A DNA stretch of 64,000 nucleotides, taken from NCBI GenBank assembly GCA_964582465.1, contig CAZOQX010000003.1, forward strand, positions 1,115-65,114. The letters are read 5' to 3'. Position 1 is the first letter of the stretch. Every line of letters starts with the position of its first letter. This document shows, piece by piece, positions 44,418-52,815 of the stretch. A program made the translations under genes and the position numbers. Source of the DNA: an uncultured Candidatus Saccharibacteria bacterium. Lineage in GTDB: Bacteria > Patescibacteriota > Saccharimonadia > UBA4664 > CAZOQX01. Under the pieces are notes generated by a model. It was given only the letters and a program-made list of their open reading frames with translations. It was not told the DNA's origin and did not search any database.

Positions 44418-44530
44418 GCAAGCAAAAGACAGCTGTGATCGGTGCGGTCGGCCTGCTCGGGCTAGCGATGTTCTACCTCGGGCGGTTCATGGCCAGGCAC
44501 TCGCACGACCTCGGACCCTGCGGCGATTAG
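44414..44530 (+). CDS. 38-aa single-TM peptide (island gene 5)
   Basis: ATGA overlap with gene 4. MSKQKTAVIGAVGLLGLAMFYLGRFMARHSHDLGPCGD. Below the ORF-track length cutoff; found by reading the frame. Confidence 0.4.
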   Translation: MSKQKTAVIGAVGLLGLAMFYLGRFMARHSHDLGPCGD

Positions 44531-44539
44531 GAGGTCAAG

Positions 44540-44638
44540 ATGCGCAAGCTTGTAGGCTACACGCTTCTGGGCATCGCGGCCTACCTCGTTGCCAAGATCA
44601 TCTGGGATTTCCTCGGCCATCTCAGTGAACGGCCATGA
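44540..44638 (+). CDS. 32-aa single-TM peptide (island gene 6)
   Basis: The ATG is preceded by TTAGGAGGTCAAG. MRKLVGYTLLGIAAYLVAKIIWDFLGHLSERP. Confidence 0.4.
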   Translation: MRKLVGYTLLGIAAYLVAKIIWDFLGHLSERP

Positions 44639-44645
44639 GCGCCTC

Positions 44646-45038
44646 ATGAGATCTAGCCCACTCCTCAGCCTGCGTGAGCGTGAAGTCGCCGAACTCGCAA
44701 GCTCCGGTCTGACCAACAAGGAGATTGCCGCTCAGCTCGGCCTCTCGCCCGAAACCATCAAGAATCACTTGTCTCATGCCTTCACGAAACTCGGCGTACA
44801 CAACCGAATTGAGCTGGCTCGCGAGATGGTGCACCGCGAGATGATCCGCGCGAGCAGCACGAGGGTGACAATTCTCGCCACGTCCTTTGACGACGGATCT
44901 TGGTTCGTTGCCATCAAGGAGGACGAAACAGTCAGCGTCGTTCCGTTCAGCAAACGTGAGGAATGGGAGGCTTTTCGCCAAGCACTGGAAGTCCTCCAGC
45001 CCTACCTCTGCGCCCAACTGCGGATAATCGAGCGGTGA
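44646..45038 (+). CDS. LuxR/GerE-type HTH protein with the HTH at the N-terminus and an unknown C-terminal domain (island gene 7)
   Basis: LSLREREVAELASSGLTNKEIAAQLGLSPETIKNHLSHAFTKLGVHNRIELA is a canonical GerE HTH. A 65-aa uncharacterised C-terminal part follows. The start could also be GTG 44625 or the listed 44589. Confidence 0.7.
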   Translation: MRSSPLLSLREREVAELASSGLTNKEIAAQLGLSPETIKNHLSHAFTKLGVHNRIELAREMVHREMIRASSTRVTILATSFDDGSWFVAIKEDETVSVVPFSKREEWEAFRQALEVLQPYLCAQLRIIER

Positions 45039-45058
45039 GCTCTAGCAGCCCGACACCG

Positions 45059-45099
45059 GGGCCCGGGATTCTAACGAATTCCGGGCCCTTGGCCGTTTT
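45059..45099 (+). terminator. Terminator of the island operon
   Basis: 13-bp stem (45059-45071 pairs with 45076-45088, one G-U) with loop taac, then ttggccgTTTT. Confidence 0.55.
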
Positions 45100-45112
45100 A
45101 ATTACAAAGAAA

Positions 45113-45144
45113 GCGCCCCTGGCTCGTGCAAAGCCTCGGGGCGC
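45113..45144. terminator. Hairpin terminator just downstream of rpoD (usable on both strands)
   Basis: GCGCCCC-...-GGGGCGC 7-bp stem. T-runs flank it on both strands (minus: TTTCTTTGT; plus: GTTTTT). Confidence 0.55.
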
Positions 45145-45152
45145 AGTCGTTT

Positions 45153-46301
45153 TTAATGCAGGTAATCGCGTAGTTTTTTACTTTCGCGGTGCTTGCGCAG
45201 TTTGGCGAGCGCCTTGGCCTCGATCTGACGAATTCGCTCGCGGGTCACGCCGAATTCCTGTCCCACCTCTTCCAGTGTGTGACTGCGGCCATCGTCTAGC
45301 CCGAAGCGCATGCGTAAAATTTTCTGTTCGCGTGGGGTAAGTAAGTCAAGCATCTCACCTACCTGCTCTTTCAGCAGCTGATCGGTGGCAGCCTCAAGCG
45401 GCGTGCGCGACTCTTCGTCCGGAATGAAATCGCCCAGCGTAGAGTCGGCTTCCTCGCCCACCGGCGCTTCGAGCGACACAATGTCTTGTTTGATCTTCAT
45501 AATGTGATTAACCTTCTCGACTTCCATGTCCATCTCGGCGGCGAGTTCTTCTACCATCGGTTCGCGTCCCAGTTCTTGCTGCAAGCGCCGCTGGGTGCGA
45601 ATCAACTTATTAATCGTCTCCACCATGTGGACGGGGATACGGATGGTACGGGCTTGGTCGGCAATAGCCCGGGTAATAGCCTGGCGAATCCACCAGGTCG
45701 CATAAGTCGAAAACTTGTAGCCCTTGGTGTAATCGAATTTCTCCACAGCGCGGAGTAGGCCAGTGTTACCCTCCTGAATTAGGTCGAGTAAGTCGAGCCC
45801 ACGCCCAATGTATTTTTTCGCGATCGATACCACCAGACGCATGTTGGCCTCAGCCATCTTGTCCTTAGCCCGCTTGCCATCGGCCGCAGCCAGCGTGTTT
45901 TTAGACGCGTTCACGCCCTTCTGGATCCGCTTCGCGAGCGCTACTTCTTCCTCGGCTTTCAGCAAAGGGATTTTACCAATTTCGCGCAGGTACAGCCTAA
46001 CCGAATCGTCGGCCACTGTGTCATCGATATACGTTTCGGGCTTCTCGGGCTGGGTTTCCTCTTCCTCTTCGCCCTGGCCCCACATCAGCTCATCGCGCTG
46101 ATCAATTACTTCAACGCCGGCATCAAACAGTTGCTGGTAAAACTCATCGAGCTCCTCGACATTATCCTCGGCCTCGCCATAGATCGCGCTAACTTCTTGC
46201 TGTGTGACATAGCCACGCTCCTTGCCCTTGGCAATCAGCTGTTCAACTTCGGAATTGGTCGACGCATCTTCTTCTTGTGGTTTCTGAACCTTTTTCGGCA
46301 T
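45153..46301 (-). CDS. rpoD: Primary RNA polymerase sigma factor (RpoD/SigA)
   Basis: Acidic region 1 is followed by regions 2-4 ([71 protein letters not shown]). Confidence 0.97.
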   Translation of the reverse strand: MPKKVQKPQEEDASTNSEVEQLIAKGKERGYVTQQEVSAIYGEAEDNVEELDEFYQQLFDAGVEVIDQRDELMWGQGEEEEETQPEKPETYIDDTVADDSVRLYLREIGKIPLLKAEEEVALAKRIQKGVNASKNTLAAADGKRAKDKMAEANMRLVVSIAKKYIGRGLDLLDLIQEGNTGLLRAVEKFDYTKGYKFSTYATWWIRQAITRAIADQARTIRIPVHMVETINKLIRTQRRLQQELGREPMVEELAAEMDMEVEKVNHIMKIKQDIVSLEAPVGEEADSTLGDFIPDEESRTPLEAATDQLLKEQVGEMLDLLTPREQKILRMRFGLDDGRSHTLEEVGQEFGVTRERIRQIEAKALAKLRKHRESKKLRDYLH

Positions 46302-48034
46302 TATAACTCCTTTACCTTGGCCGACAGCGCTTGGTGTTCGGCCATCAACTTTTGGGCCAAATCGCGCCTACCGGCTCGCTCGGCCTCTTTAATTTGATGC
46401 GTAATTTCTTCGTGGCGTCTCCGGGTGGCCAACACGACTAGTTCTTTTGCCAAGTGGAAGGCTTCGAAACTGCGGTCTTGCGGTCCGATCTCGGAATATT
46501 CTTCTTCGCCCTTTAATGAAAGGATTTTAACATAATCTGACAGTTCTGTCAGATCTCTCGCTATCTGGTCAGAAGTAGCGGCCGGCCTGGCTTTGAGAAA
46601 TTTGCAAATAGCTTGGTGCTCACTCCGGCTGAACAATTCTTCGTCCATATCGGCCAGGCTAGCGCGCAGATCGGGAAAGACTAAGTTCAGAGCCAGCAAG
46701 TTCTCCTCCACCACCTCTTCGCGGCTCAACTGCAGTGGGTCAGCCTTCTCCTTCGCCTCCATCTGGCGGACAGGCTTCGGCTCGGCTTGACTCAGTTTTT
46801 CTTTAATTACGGCGGGCTCACCATCGACCCGTTCAGCCAAAAGTTTAATGTAATGCTCTTGCTCCACCGGATCACGCAGATATTTGAGTACGGGTATGAT
46901 TTGATCGGTAAAACTGCGCTTGCCCAGGGCACTCGCCAGATCGCTGCCTGCCGCGTGGCGCTCAAACAACCAGTCCATGACGTATTTAGCCTCGGAAACG
47001 GCGGTTTGCCACAGCTCTGGCTTTTGCTTAATAAGCTCGTCGGGATCCTTGGCGCCAGCCATATCCACGACCGAAAGTGTTAAATTCAGCTGCTGGCTCA
47101 GGTCAATAGCCCGCTCCGTGGCACGCAGTCCGGCGGCGTCTTGATCAAAGGCCAGTTTGACGTTCTTTGTCAGCCGGCCAACCATCTTCAATTGGTCGAG
47201 CGTAAGCGCTGTGCCGCTCGAGGCTACCACCTGTTTCACGCCGGCCTGGTGGCTTGCCACGACGTCCATGTTCCCCTCTACTATTACAAGTTCGTCATGT
47301 TGTTTGACCGCCTCTTTGGCCAAGTGGAAGCCGTAGAGCACCCGACCCTTGTCATAAATCAGTGTCTGCGGGGTATTAAAATACTTTGGCCCGGTGGCCG
47401 TCGGATCAAGAATCCTCGCGGCGATGCCCACCGGCTCCCCGCGCTCATTAGAAATCGGAAAAGTTATGCGCCCACGAAACATATCAAACGTGCGATTGTC
47501 GCGCTGGCCCGTCAGCCCAGCCTGGTTGAGCTCAGCTATTGTAAAGCCCTGCTTGGTCATAAAGGTGGTCAGCCCTGACTGCGTCACCGGTGCATAGCCG
47601 AGCCGAAAATCTAGAATTGACTGCTTGGTCAGTCCGCGCTGCTTCATATAATCGAGGGCTCGCGGGTTCTTGGTCAGGCTAAGCTGATAGTACTTGACGG
47701 CAAGCGTCATGGCAGCCTTAAGCCGGTCTTTCAGCTTGGTGTTGCTCGGCCCCCGGCTCTTTAATTCCACCCCGGCCCGTTTAGCTAGCACCTCCAAGGC
47801 CTGCCGGAAATCCAAGCCTTCCATTTTCATCACGAATTTAAAGATGTCGCCGCCCTCGCCGCAGCCAAAGCAGTGCCAAATACCCTTTTCGGCGCTCACC
47901 ATCATACTAGGCGTCTTCTCGTTGTGGAACGGACAAACGCCTTTCATATTGCGCCCGGCTGGCTTGAGCTGAACGTAGCTAGCCACCACCTCGGCCACAC
48001 CCAGGCGTTCTTTAATTTCCGCCACTTCATCCAT
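46301..48034 (-). CDS. dnaG: DNA primase DnaG
   Basis: The ATG at 48034 gives [58 protein letters not shown] (zinc ribbon), then a TOPRIM domain ([10 protein letters not shown]). The 61 extra codons in the listed ORF (to 48217) run into the GC-rich islet and are rejected. Confidence 0.93.
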   Translation of the reverse strand: MDEVAEIKERLGVAEVVASYVQLKPAGRNMKGVCPFHNEKTPSMMVSAEKGIWHCFGCGEGGDIFKFVMKMEGLDFRQALEVLAKRAGVELKSRGPSNTKLKDRLKAAMTLAVKYYQLSLTKNPRALDYMKQRGLTKQSILDFRLGYAPVTQSGLTTFMTKQGFTIAELNQAGLTGQRDNRTFDMFRGRITFPISNERGEPVGIAARILDPTATGPKYFNTPQTLIYDKGRVLYGFHLAKEAVKQHDELVIVEGNMDVVASHQAGVKQVVASSGTALTLDQLKMVGRLTKNVKLAFDQDAAGLRATERAIDLSQQLNLTLSVVDMAGAKDPDELIKQKPELWQTAVSEAKYVMDWLFERHAAGSDLASALGKRSFTDQIIPVLKYLRDPVEQEHYIKLLAERVDGEPAVIKEKLSQAEPKPVRQMEAKEKADPLQLSREEVVEENLLALNLVFPDLRASLADMDEELFSRSEHQAICKFLKARPAATSDQIARDLTELSDYVKILSLKGEEEYSEIGPQDRSFEAFHLAKELVVLATRRRHEEITHQIKEAERAGRRDLAQKLMAEHQALSAKVKEL

Positions 48035-48113
48035 TAGAAGTAATTGTAGCACTTGAAAGCAAGAGCCCCGCCGGATGACCGGCAGGGCCCGCTTGAACCG
48101 CTGTGCTGTGTCG

Positions 48114-48302
48114 TCACTGTGAGTTATAGATGCTGGCATCCTCGCGGATACTGGCGACACAGTGAGTGCACAGGAGGCAAGACCCCAGCCAGCAGTGCGA
48201 GCAATCCTCGCAGTCATGCGGCGGCCCCACCTTGAAGAAGTCCCGACGCCGCGTCGCGCTGTTCTGGCTCGGAGTCGCTTGCTCGGTACCCGGTGCTGCC
48301 AC
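48114..48302 (-). CDS. Candidate 62-aa Cys-rich ORF in a GC-rich islet (uncertain)
   Basis: GTG start preceded by AGAGAGGA. The C-terminal half contains C-x2-C-x2-C-x4-C-x2-C-x2-C (HDCEDCSHCWLGSCLLCTHC). Competing ORFs exist in other frames, so coding is unproven. Confidence 0.25.
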   Translation of the reverse strand: MAAPGTEQATPSQNSATRRRDFFKVGPPHDCEDCSHCWLGSCLLCTHCVASIREDASIYNSQ

Positions 48303-48571
48303 AGGGAATCCTCTCTGGAAGACGAAAACGGAGACTGGGAGGGACTTGTCCTAGCATCTCAGACTCACCCACATACGCAGCTGCCATGGTCACTGTGCGT
48401 CCTAGTCATACGTGCCGCCACCTGGCCTCGGGCCCGAGTCGCAAGTGGGCGTCGCAGAGAACTTCTTGAACGACCAGCCGTCCGCTAGATCTAGAATATG
48501 ACGACATCCTTTCACGTTACAAGCATAAGGGCAGTTCGAACTTAAGCGTTTTATGTGATTAAATTAAGCTG

Positions 48572-49111
48572 ATGGAACCAACCACCGCCGGCCCTAATTA
48601 CAAGAAAGTCGCCCTCTTCGGCGGCCTAGGCCTAGCCGTCCTCATCGCGATCATCCTCATTTTTGCTAATCACTCCGCCGGGCCGGACAAACAATTCATG
48701 GAGCGAGAGACGGCGAACTTCCAGCAAGCTGTGGCTGTAGCCGCTACCGCCACAACCCAAAACTCCCAAACACCCGACGTCTTAAACGCCGCCGCGAGCA
48801 TGCGCGTAGTAATGCCGAGCGAGATCAACCAAATGAAGGACTGGGACAAAAAGTGGTACGGCGCCAATCTACCCCGTAATGCCGGCTCAATCAAAGTCGT
48901 AAAAGCCAATGCTGAGGCTTTGAATGGCTCGAGCAGTTTTGATAACGACTTTGTTGCGGCGATTTTACCCTACCTGAAAGATAGCCTCAGCATTGCCAAG
49001 CAGTTCCAGCCCACCCTGCAACACTCCGAAACTAAGGATTTAGCTGCGAGCATCATCCGCGATGTCAGCGCCCAAATCTCAACACTCCAGAAGATTAAAA
49101 CTTCACAATAG
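48572..49111 (+). CDS. Membrane-anchored hypothetical protein
   Basis: 179 aa with an N-terminal TM (VALFGGLGLAVLIAIILIF) and a helical ectodomain. No family assigned. Confidence 0.6.
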   Translation: MEPTTAGPNYKKVALFGGLGLAVLIAIILIFANHSAGPDKQFMERETANFQQAVAVAATATTQNSQTPDVLNAAASMRVVMPSEINQMKDWDKKWYGANLPRNAGSIKVVKANAEALNGSSSFDNDFVAAILPYLKDSLSIAKQFQPTLQHSETKDLAASIIRDVSAQISTLQKIKTSQ

Positions 49112-49143
49112 CTCGGTAACTAGTAAAATTAGATCCTGGGCAA

Positions 49144-49233
49144 GGAGAGGTCGCATAGTGGCCTAGTGCGCTCGCTTGGAAAGCGGGTGAAGTCGCAAGG
49201 CTTCCGAGGGTTCGAATCCCTCCCTCTCCGCCA
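49144..49233 (+). tRNA. tRNA-Ser (anticodon GGA), CCA encoded
   Basis: Manual fold: acceptor GGAGAGG/CCTCTCC; anticodon stem CTCGC/GCGGG with loop TTGGAAA (GGA); long variable arm TGAAGTCGCAAGGCTTC; T-arm CGAGG-GTTCGAATC-CCTC(C); discriminator G then CCA. Confidence 0.9.
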
Positions 49234-49254
49234 ATTTCAAAAAGGTTTGACTTT

Positions 49255-49292
49255 AAAAAGTGATGCCCCGCCTCACGACGGGGCATCACTTT
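49255..49292. terminator. Bidirectional terminator between tRNA-Ser and the convergent islet gene
   Basis: AAAAGTGATGCCCCG - cctcacga - CGGGGCATCACTTTT. Perfect 11-bp GC-rich stem with an A-run and a T-run on either side. Confidence 0.75.
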
Positions 49293-49315
49293 TGATGCAT
49301 TGTCGATCAGCGGGA

Positions 49316-49651
49316 CTAAATGAGCTGGGAGAGAGCCGCTCGGTCCTCGGCCATCCACAGGTACCCCTTGCGGGTGGTGGTATTGACGAATCCCCCCACT
49401 GCCCACCTCTTGTGGGTCTCGATTACTTCGCCGTCCAACGTCTCAGACATGACCATGCCCTCGATGTTGTGCGTGTGACCAGAACCGTCCTCGTGCTCGA
49501 GACGGCGGATGCGTGCGTAGACGGTGTGGCCATTCGCGAGATCGAGCTTGGCGAACAGTTTCACCGGACTGAAGGCGAATTTATAGCAATCCGCCAGTCG
49601 ATCGTCAGAAGGACAATCGACTATCTCGAGCTTTTCCAACCAATTCGTCAT
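49316..49651 (-). CDS. Hypothetical protein in the GC-rich islet next to tRNA-Ser
   Basis: 111 aa. The ATG is preceded by AAAGGGGGTGGC. MTNWLEKLEIVDCPSDDRLADCYKFAFSPVKLF... No family recognised. Confidence 0.55.
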   Translation of the reverse strand: MTNWLEKLEIVDCPSDDRLADCYKFAFSPVKLFAKLDLANGHTVYARIRRLEHEDGSGHTHNIEGMVMSETLDGEVIETHKRWAVGGFVNTTTRKGYLWMAEDRAALSQLI

Positions 49652-49816
49652 GCCACCCCCTTTGGGGTACGGTGTCTGTCAGGCCGACACTCTCGCCGTT
49701 ACTCCTTTGGGGAGTCACCAGCCCATACGAGCTGGGATTTAATTAGGATAATACCACTTAAGCTTTAGTTTGTCAATTGATTAGCCAAACCACTGACGCG
49801 GATTTACAATTAGGCT

Positions 49817-50497
49817 ATGCTCGTAATCGCCCTCAAGCAAGTTAACAAAGTTTTTCACGACCAGGCCACCCCGACGCCCGTATTATTCGATATTAATATT
49901 GAAGTGAGTAAGGGCGATTTTGTAGCCATTAGCGGGCCGTCCGGGTCGGGCAAATCAACTCTAATGAACATCTTGGGCCTGCTAGATACTCCCACCAGCG
50001 GCCACTATCTGCTAGACGGCAAGGAAGTTGGTAATCTGCCCGACCGCAAGTTGGCCAAATTCCGGCGCCAGAAAATCGGCTTCGTTTTCCAGAACTTTAA
50101 TCTCATCCCCCGCCTAACGCTATTACAAAATATCGAGCTACCGATGATCTACGCCGGTCTTAGCGCCAAGGAGCGCCACGCCCGCGCCGCTCGGCTCTTA
50201 AAACAAGTCGGGCTAGACGCCTTCGCCGACTATAAACCCACCCAGGTCTCCGGCGGCCAAGCCCAGCGCGTCGCTATCGCCCGAGCCCTCGCCAATAAGC
50301 CAAGTCTGCTGCTAGCCGACGAACCCACCGGCAACTTGGACAGCAAAAATAGCCGGGCCATCATGGAGCAGCTCAAAGTCCTGAATAAAGCCGGCGTCAC
50401 CATTATCGTGGTTACCCATAATCCAGAGGTAGCCGCCTTTACCCACCGCACCATTACCGTTCGCGACGGCCGCATCCAACCCAGGAGAACCGTATGA
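49817..50497 (+). CDS. ABC transporter ATP-binding protein (MacB/LolD-type)
   Basis: GPSGSGKST Walker A, LSGGQAQRVAIARAL signature and LLLADEPTGNLD Walker B. Confidence 0.93.
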   Translation: MLVIALKQVNKVFHDQATPTPVLFDINIEVSKGDFVAISGPSGSGKSTLMNILGLLDTPTSGHYLLDGKEVGNLPDRKLAKFRRQKIGFVFQNFNLIPRLTLLQNIELPMIYAGLSAKERHARAARLLKQVGLDAFADYKPTQVSGGQAQRVAIARALANKPSLLLADEPTGNLDSKNSRAIMEQLKVLNKAGVTIIVVTHNPEVAAFTHRTITVRDGRIQPRRTV

Positions 50498-51717
50498 TCT
50501 GGGAAAACTTTAAAATGGCCCTACGTTCGCTACGTGGCGCCAAGCTGCGCTCATTCCTAACCATGCTCGGCATTATCATTGGTGTAGCATCGGTTACAAC
50601 AATCATCGCGATTGGCCAAGGCGTCAAAGTTGAGGTCGCCAAGCAAATTAATAGTTTTGGTGCCAATAGCGTTTTTATTACGCCGGGACAATTAATTACC
50701 ACCGACAAAAACGGCAAAACTTCCCTAAACCCCTCCGCCGGCGCTGGGACCACTACTCTAACCTCCCAGGACGTCGATTCGGTAAAAAAACTAGCCCACA
50801 TTACAAGTGTAGCCCCGATCAGTCTGTTCTCGGGTTTGATCTCTCAGGGAGCCAGCCAGGACCCGTCGGCCCTCCTACTTGCTACCACCCCGAGTTTTAA
50901 TGAAATTCAAAAACAAACCCTTGCGGCTGGCCGCTTCCTAAAGACTACCGATACGACTCAGGATGTGGTGGTACTCGGCAGCAAGGCTGCTGCCAGCTTA
51001 TTTGGCGATCACGCCGCCGTGGGCCAAACCGTTACAATTCGAACTACGCCGTTCAAAGTCGTTGGCGTTTTTGCTGCCTCACCAAACACCGGTTTTAATT
51101 TCGGCCCCAGTCTGGACGATGCCGTCTACATCCCCGAAAATAGCGCCGTTAAGCTCACCAAAAGCCCACTTCAGATCCTGAGAATCGTGGTCGAAGTTGA
51201 CTCAGCTAGCTCGGTAAACCCTGCCGTTTCCAGCTTAAAGCAGCAACTGCTTAAAAATCATGGCGGCCAAGAGGACTTCAGCGTGCTAAAGCAATCAGAT
51301 ATTATCAGCGCCACCGGCCAAATATTAAATCTGCTAACCACCTTCATAGTCGCCATCGCTTCGATCGCCCTCTTGGTTGGCGGCATCGGCATTATGAATA
51401 TCATGCTGGTGTCGGTCACCGAGCGCACTCGCGAGATCGGCATCCGCAAGGCCATCGGCGCCTCCGCTTCCATCATTATGCTGCAGTTTTTAATCGAAGC
51501 GGTGGTGATCAGCTTCATCGGTGGGCTCCTGGGCCTCGGCCTATCGCTTGTGCAGGGACAACTGGCGGAGAAATTCGCGAAAATTCATCCGGTCTATACG
51601 CTCGGTGCTATTTTGCTCGCCTTCGGTGTTTCAACGCTAATAGGCGTGGTCTTTGGCATCGCGCCAGCTATCAAGGCAGCCCGCAAGCGCCCAATCCAAG
51701 CGTTAAGATACGAGTAA
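50494..51717 (+). CDS. ABC transporter permease (MacB periplasmic domain + FtsX family)
   Basis: 407 aa. N-terminal TM, a large extracytoplasmic domain, and a C-terminal FtsX-like 3-TM bundle (RTREIGIRKAIGAS). ATGA-coupled to the ATPase gene. Confidence 0.9.
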   Translation: MIWENFKMALRSLRGAKLRSFLTMLGIIIGVASVTTIIAIGQGVKVEVAKQINSFGANSVFITPGQLITTDKNGKTSLNPSAGAGTTTLTSQDVDSVKKLAHITSVAPISLFSGLISQGASQDPSALLLATTPSFNEIQKQTLAAGRFLKTTDTTQDVVVLGSKAAASLFGDHAAVGQTVTIRTTPFKVVGVFAASPNTGFNFGPSLDDAVYIPENSAVKLTKSPLQILRIVVEVDSASSVNPAVSSLKQQLLKNHGGQEDFSVLKQSDIISATGQILNLLTTFIVAIASIALLVGGIGIMNIMLVSVTERTREIGIRKAIGASASIIMLQFLIEAVVISFIGGLLGLGLSLVQGQLAEKFAKIHPVYTLGAILLAFGVSTLIGVVFGIAPAIKAARKRPIQALRYE

Positions 51718-51720
51718 CAA

Positions 51721-52734
51721 CTAGCCTAATTCTTTTTTAAGCTCTTCAACCAAATCGACAGGCAGTGGATCAACCCGGTTTAGAAATGCGAGATACACGC
51801 TCACGAAATCGCCGAGCAGCGTCGTCCATAAAATCTGCTGGATCTTGGTTTCGCCCTTGGCCTCCACTACCAGGGGCTTAGGCATATGCCCAGCGAGCAG
51901 ACGGCTCACGATGTCGTAGCTTTTAACAACGCGTGGATGATCAAAGCTGGATTTAATCTGCACCACTTTCAGCTTTGGTTGCTCCGGGTGGAGCCATCCT
52001 TGGAATTCGTTGTGTTTAAATTCAGGCCAGAGGTAATAAAAAGCTAGATTCTTGGCGTTTTCATTCAGATCAATCTTCCACTTTAAAACTGCCGGCGCCA
52101 TTTGGGTGCTACCGTAAACCACCACGACGTGCCCCTGCAGATCCTGGGCCAGTTGCTTTGCGGGGTTATTCGCCACCGACTTGTCTTTACTCCAGCTAGC
52201 GATTTCTTTAATTAACCACTCCCCCGCTTCTTCCAGCTCAGCCGTTGCACCACTAACTAGACCGACCGACTCAAGTAGCGTCGCCAGTGCTTTGAGCGCA
52301 AAGAAAACGGCCAGGCGGGGCTGCAGGGCCGCTGGGACTTTGAGCATAGGGATTTGCTCGCGTTCGGCCACCTTTTCCAGATCTCCGCCAGAGGCTAAGA
52401 TGACAACTTTAGCATTCCTCCCCTTGGCGTCCTCGAGCGCAGATAGTGCCTCCTCGGTATCACCTGAGTAACTAGAAGCTATCACTAAAGTATTTTCACC
52501 CACCCAAGCCGGCAAATTATAATCACGCACGATTTCGAAGGGCACTTGCAGATCGTCACGCAACCAACACTTAATAAATTCACCTGGCAATGCCGACCCA
52601 CCCATTCCGACAAGAACCACGTTGCTGGGCAGAGGCAGATTAATAGCAAGCGGAAATTGCTGTTTCAGTTGGGTTAGTTGGCCGGCGATTACTGCCAGTG
52701 CATTACCTTGATCAACCTCACGAACATCAGACAT
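51721..52734 (-). CDS. Bifunctional phosphoglucose/phosphomannose isomerase (SIS domain family)
   Basis: VVLVGMGGSALPGEFIK and ASSYSGDTEE SIS motifs with the bifunctional PGI/PMI C-terminal region. 337 aa. Confidence 0.8.
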   Translation of the reverse strand: MSDVREVDQGNALAVIAGQLTQLKQQFPLAINLPLPSNVVLVGMGGSALPGEFIKCWLRDDLQVPFEIVRDYNLPAWVGENTLVIASSYSGDTEEALSALEDAKGRNAKVVILASGGDLEKVAEREQIPMLKVPAALQPRLAVFFALKALATLLESVGLVSGATAELEEAGEWLIKEIASWSKDKSVANNPAKQLAQDLQGHVVVVYGSTQMAPAVLKWKIDLNENAKNLAFYYLWPEFKHNEFQGWLHPEQPKLKVVQIKSSFDHPRVVKSYDIVSRLLAGHMPKPLVVEAKGETKIQQILWTTLLGDFVSVYLAFLNRVDPLPVDLVEELKKELG

Positions 52735-52815
52735 GTCTCTATTATGCCATAAACGTATGATGCAAGAAGCCCGCCATCCAGGCGAAACTCCTCGCGTCAG
52801 ATGACGGGCATGTGG

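Noticed and set aside
43152-45017. Minus-strand ORFs inside the island (43152-43490, 43283-43567, 43708-44007, 44075-44317, 44462-44719, 44622-45017)
   Set aside because: They are antisense to + strand genes that have RBSs, coupled stops and starts, and recognisable HTH motifs. They are Arg/Gly/Pro-rich, as expected for antisense frames of GC-rich DNA.
48035-48217. 61-codon N-terminal extension of dnaG in the listed ORF (46301-48217)
   Set aside because: The canonical primase N-terminus ([17 protein letters not shown]..., zinc ribbon) starts at the ATG at 48034. The extension is GC-rich read-through into the adjacent islet with no primase similarity.
49095-49768. ORFs 49095-49406 (-) and 49166-49768 (+) spanning the tRNA-Ser gene
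   Set aside because: They run through a well-folding tRNA and a terminator hairpin. They are artefacts of stop-poor sequence.
49600-49816. Search for an attR-like direct repeat of the tRNA-Ser 3' end, or an integrase, that would define a bona fide integrated element
   Set aside because: No repeat of the tRNA 3' segment and no recombinase gene were found by eye, so I do not call a mobile element here. It remains only a compositional islet.
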